A stretch of DNA of 64,000 bases from Alphaproteobacteria bacterium (GTDB taxonomy: Bacteria; Pseudomonadota; Alphaproteobacteria; Bin95): NCBI GenBank assembly GCA_963665325.3, contig OZ224045.1:1056001-1120000 (forward strand), given 5' to 3'. A model generated the notes under the pieces. It made no database searches. It saw only the letters and a list, made by a program, of their open reading frames with translations, and had not been told where the DNA came from. Shown piece by piece: positions 61,014 to 64,000 of the stretch (position 1 is the stretch's first letter; every line of letters starts with the position of its first letter). The translations under genes and the position numbers were made by a program.

Positions 61014-61295
61014 ATGGACGAACGGGACGCGCCGCAGTCGGCGTCCGCGGAGGAAGAAACCGCGATCGGTGAGACGCCGGCGATCTTCGCGAACAAGGTC
61101 TTCGTTTCGCCCATGGCCGGCGGCGCGAAGATCACCTTTGCCGAGGCGCGCCGCACAGCCGGTGAGAACCGGGCGTCGCCGCGCGTGGCGGTCTTCCTGC
61201 ACCACGCCGATCTCGCCGCACTGCGCCGCCTGCTCGACTGGACGGCAGGCGCCGCCGAGACGCCGTCGGAGCGCTTCGGTGGTTCGATGCACTGA
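61014..61295 (+). CDS. hypothetical protein (DUF3467-like)
   Basis: GGAGG RBS; PAIFANKVFV...ITFAE...PRVAVFL. Confidence 0.55.
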   Translation: MDERDAPQSASAEEETAIGETPAIFANKVFVSPMAGGAKITFAEARRTAGENRASPRVAVFLHHADLAALRRLLDWTAGAAETPSERFGGSMH

Positions 61296-61493
61296 GGTCG
61301 GCCTTAGCCATGGGCTGGCATCTTCCCGCCATCGTTGCTCTCTCCCCTGCGGTCTGGGGTTTGCGCTGCCGGGTAGCCGAGACCGGGTCCACCTTCGCCA
61401 CGACCGTCCCGTATTGGGCATGCGCCATTCCGTCGAGGCCGAGGAGGCGCTCGGCTCGCGCCACTTTCAAACTTGCTGCAAACGGGAACCGGC

Positions 61494-62252
61494 ATGGGCA
61501 GATTCGATGGCAAGGTTGCGCTGATCAGCGGCGGGGCTCGCGGACAGGGCGCGGCAGAGGCGCGAGCCTTCGCGGCAGAGGGCGCGGCAGTCGTTTTCGG
61601 CGATATCCTCGAGCGGGAAGGCGCGGCCGTTCAGGCCGGGATCGAGGCGTCAGGCGGGATTGCGGCCTACAGGCATCTGGATGTGACGAAGGAGGACGAC
61701 TGGCGCCGTGCGGTCGGCTACTCGATAGAAGCGCATGGCCGGCTCGACATCCTGGTGAACAATGCCGCGATCGTCATTGCCCGCGCAGCCATCGAGGATC
61801 GGACTGTGGAGGAATGGGACCGGGTGCAGGCCGTGAATGCACGCGGTGTCTTTCTCGGAACGAAGCATGCGATACCGGCGATGCGGGCGTCCGGCGGCGG
61901 TTCGATTGTCAATATCGTATCGGTGGCCGGTATCGGCCAGTCGACCCATCAGGAACCCGCCTATGCCGCAAGCAAGGGCGCGGTGCGGATATTCACCAAG
62001 GTGACGGCGGCGCAGCATGCCGGGGACGGCATCCGTTGCAACGCGGTGCTTCCCGGCCCGATAGACACCGAAATGCTGCGGAGTGCGTTGTCCGAGCCAG
62101 CAGTACTGGCCGAGCGGGTGTCACGAGTCCCCATGGGACGTATCGGAACGATCGACGAGGTCGTCGCGGCAGTGCTGTTTCTCGCGTCGGACGCCGCCTC
62201 GTACATGACCGGCGGCGAAATGGTGGTCGATGGCGGCGCGACCAGCATGTAG
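61494..62252 (+). CDS. SDR family oxidoreductase
   Basis: SGGARGQG, NNA, YAASKG, PGPIDT, YMTG.E.VVDGG. Confidence 0.9.
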   Translation: MGRFDGKVALISGGARGQGAAEARAFAAEGAAVVFGDILEREGAAVQAGIEASGGIAAYRHLDVTKEDDWRRAVGYSIEAHGRLDILVNNAAIVIARAAIEDRTVEEWDRVQAVNARGVFLGTKHAIPAMRASGGGSIVNIVSVAGIGQSTHQEPAYAASKGAVRIFTKVTAAQHAGDGIRCNAVLPGPIDTEMLRSALSEPAVLAERVSRVPMGRIGTIDEVVAAVLFLASDAASYMTGGEMVVDGGATSM

Positions 62253-62363
62253 CCGGCGCACGATCGCCAAGAGGAGGCGGGCAAGCGGGGCTTCCGAACC
62301 CGGATACGGCGCTCCGGCCGCGGATAAACCGGCGGACCGTTCCCGCGACGCCGCGCGCCGGCA

Positions 62364-62747
62364 TCAGGGCTGGCGCATGCCGCCGTCCGGGTCGGCGTAG
62401 ACGACGGCCTCGATCTCGACCGGGAACTCCTCCTTTACCAGCCAGTCGGCGATCAGCAGCGTATTCGGCGTATACGCCTCGCCGCCGAAGAGCCTGGGAA
62501 ACAACTCGGCCCGGATTGCCATGAACCGCTCGATATCTTGGGAATGGACGAGATAAGTGGTGAATTTGACGATATGGTTGAAGCGGAGGCCCGTGCCTTC
62601 GAGGACCGCGCCCAGATTGTCCAACACCTGGCGCATCTGGGCGTCGAAATCGTTCTTGCCGACCACGCCACCGTCGCGCCCGACGGAGAGCTGACCGGCG
62701 ATGTGCAGCGTCGAGCCGGCAGGTGCCGCCGTGGCGTGCGAATAGAG
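62364..62747 (-). pseudogene. RidA/YjgF family gene lacking its native N-terminus
   Basis: YSHA, IAGQ, Q...VLDN, IVK.TTY, PNTL, VEIEA; 5' end replaced by unrelated sequence. Confidence 0.7.
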
Positions 62748-62748
62748 G

Positions 62749-62889
62749 GTCGTGCCCAAGGCGAGCCTTGTCGCCCACGTCGATGCCAACCTGGGCGCAC
62801 TCGATATCACGCTCGGCGATGACGAGCTTGCGGCCCTGGACAAGGACTTCCCGCCACCCGAGGGCGGCGCGCCCCTGGAGCTTCTTTAG
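62749..62889 (+). pseudogene. aldo/keto reductase C-terminal fragment
   Basis: VVPKASLVAHVDANLGALDITLGDDELAALDKDFPPPEGGAPLELL* (IPKA...H...N...L.L motif). Confidence 0.7.
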
Positions 62890-62906
62890 GATGCACTGCG
62901 GGGAGC

Positions 62907-63055
62907 GTCAGTCTCCCAGGCCGATCATCTTCATCCGGCCGAGGCCGCGGCCGCCTGGCGAGACGCAGGTCCTTCAGCATCATGGTGGCGGTGAACCCCG
63001 ACGCGTAGTCGCGGTTGGACGGTGCGTTCGGCCCCGGCACCGGGCAGTAGGACAA
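62907..63055 (-). pseudogene. 3-hydroxyisobutyrate dehydrogenase (MmsB-like) 3' fragment with deletions
   Basis: YCPVPGP..PSNRDY.SGF...MMLKDLRLA, then MKMIG..* in another frame. Confidence 0.7.
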
Positions 63056-63232
63056 GCAGGGAGCAATAAGGGAAACGCTCTCATTTGCCGTCCGCTTTGG
63101 CTGCAACCGCTCGTGCTGGCGCCGGGTGACACGAAAACGGTAGCGGCCGCTCTATGCGGACATCCCGGCTCGGCCCTTGCCGGGATGCAGCGCCCTGAAA
63201 GTCGGGCTGACCTCATTGTGGGCCGGCTCCGC

Positions 63233-64000
63233 CTATCCGGTTCCCGGCTCGAACACGAGTTCCGGCACCACCGCCTCCCAACTGTCGCATTTCATGTCGT
63301 CCCGGAATTGCGAGTCCGATGCCTCGCGGCTCCAGCCGACGATCGCTAGGACCTCGGCCGATCGGCACCGATACCTCTGGGGCGGCGCAAAGCCTCCGGC
63401 GAGGCGACCGACAACCCTCCCCGAACGATCCAGAAGCTGCCAGCGTCCGCGGTCGTTTATCCGCGTCTCGAGCGGATCGCCGGGCGCGAGCGCCGCAATC
63501 GCGCGATGGACCGGGTGTCGATCCCGTCGCCTGCCGGCGAAGCCCAGATCCACATCCTTCAGACTTGCGCGGACGAAGCGGTAGTTCAGCGCCGGAGTCT
63601 CCGGCGCCAGGGGAACCGGCTCGCGCCGCAGGACCGAGGGATTGCCCTGTAGTGCATCCTGTATCCGGTGCGGGCTGTCGAACCGAAGCAGCGACAGGGT
63701 CTCCCGCGCCCGCGTCATGGCGACATAGTAGAGCCGCCGGGGCGCGTCCCTGTCCTCGCCGGGCCCGATGCGATCCCAGTTTCCGTCCAGTACCGCCACG
63801 TGATTGAATTCGAGGCCCTTGGCCCGGTGCGCGGAAACCAGCAGCAGCCCCTGCTGCCGCCGGCGTATCTCACGGCCCCATTCGGCCAGCCATTCGATGA
63901 AATGGTCGGCCGGCGTCTCGCCGCCCCCGGTCTCCAGCCGGTGTTCCTCCATGGCCTGCCGCAGCAGGTCGTGCCAGCGGTCCGACGGACACGCCGCCAA
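63233..64000 (-). CDS. C-terminal part of a large helicase (UvrD-like SF1 C-terminus, as in RecQ-UvrD fusions); continues beyond window
   Basis: SAHRAKGLEF.HV (motif V) and RRLYYVAMTRAR (motif VI). Confidence 0.8.
   Translation of the reverse strand: MAACPSDRWHDLLRQAMEEHRLETGGGETPADHFIEWLAEWGREIRRRQQGLLLVSAHRAKGLEFNHVAVLDGNWDRIGPGEDRDAPRRLYYVAMTRARETLSLLRFDSPHRIQDALQGNPSVLRREPVPLAPETPALNYRFVRASLKDVDLGFAGRRRDRHPVHRAIAALAPGDPLETRINDRGRWQLLDRSGRVVGRLAGGFAPPQRYRCRSAEVLAIVGWSREASDSQFRDDMKCDSWEAVVPELVFEPGTG

Overview
High-GC alphaproteobacterial chromosome segment, inferred from the phaC / aminotransferase-hom-glpX-recJ synteny, hslVU and maeB. Bases ~1-47170 carry housekeeping genes mixed with catabolic modules: CoA transferase/ligase, three luciferase-like monooxygenases, a PLP-enzyme pair divergent from a MetE-like gene, a TTT transporter, and a peptide ABC transporter with hydantoinase A/B and SDRs. 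They also carry an ankyrin/cadherin-like secreted protein, one intact IS5-family element and two IS remnants. From ~47170 to the end the window is a rearranged accessory region. It opens with a truncated second hydantoinase A and a tyrosine integrase, then an IS21 element, potA/potC and IS1595 fragments and low-GC orphan ORFs. A Zn-repeat GIY-YIG nuclease, an RHH regulator, an EEP nuclease, a triple cold-shock protein, a mosaic of gene fragments and a partial SF1-type helicase follow. The most unusual signals are (i) a non-coding block at 54120-54480 with three sigma70-like promoters and two predicted structured RNAs, one antisense to the leader of an RBS-sequestered small ORF, and (ii) an IS630-derived, catalytic-domain-free HTH protein with a diverged internal duplication and a LexA-like box. 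No rRNA, tRNA or CRISPR array was recognised. All product calls come from motif recognition by eye, not database searches.
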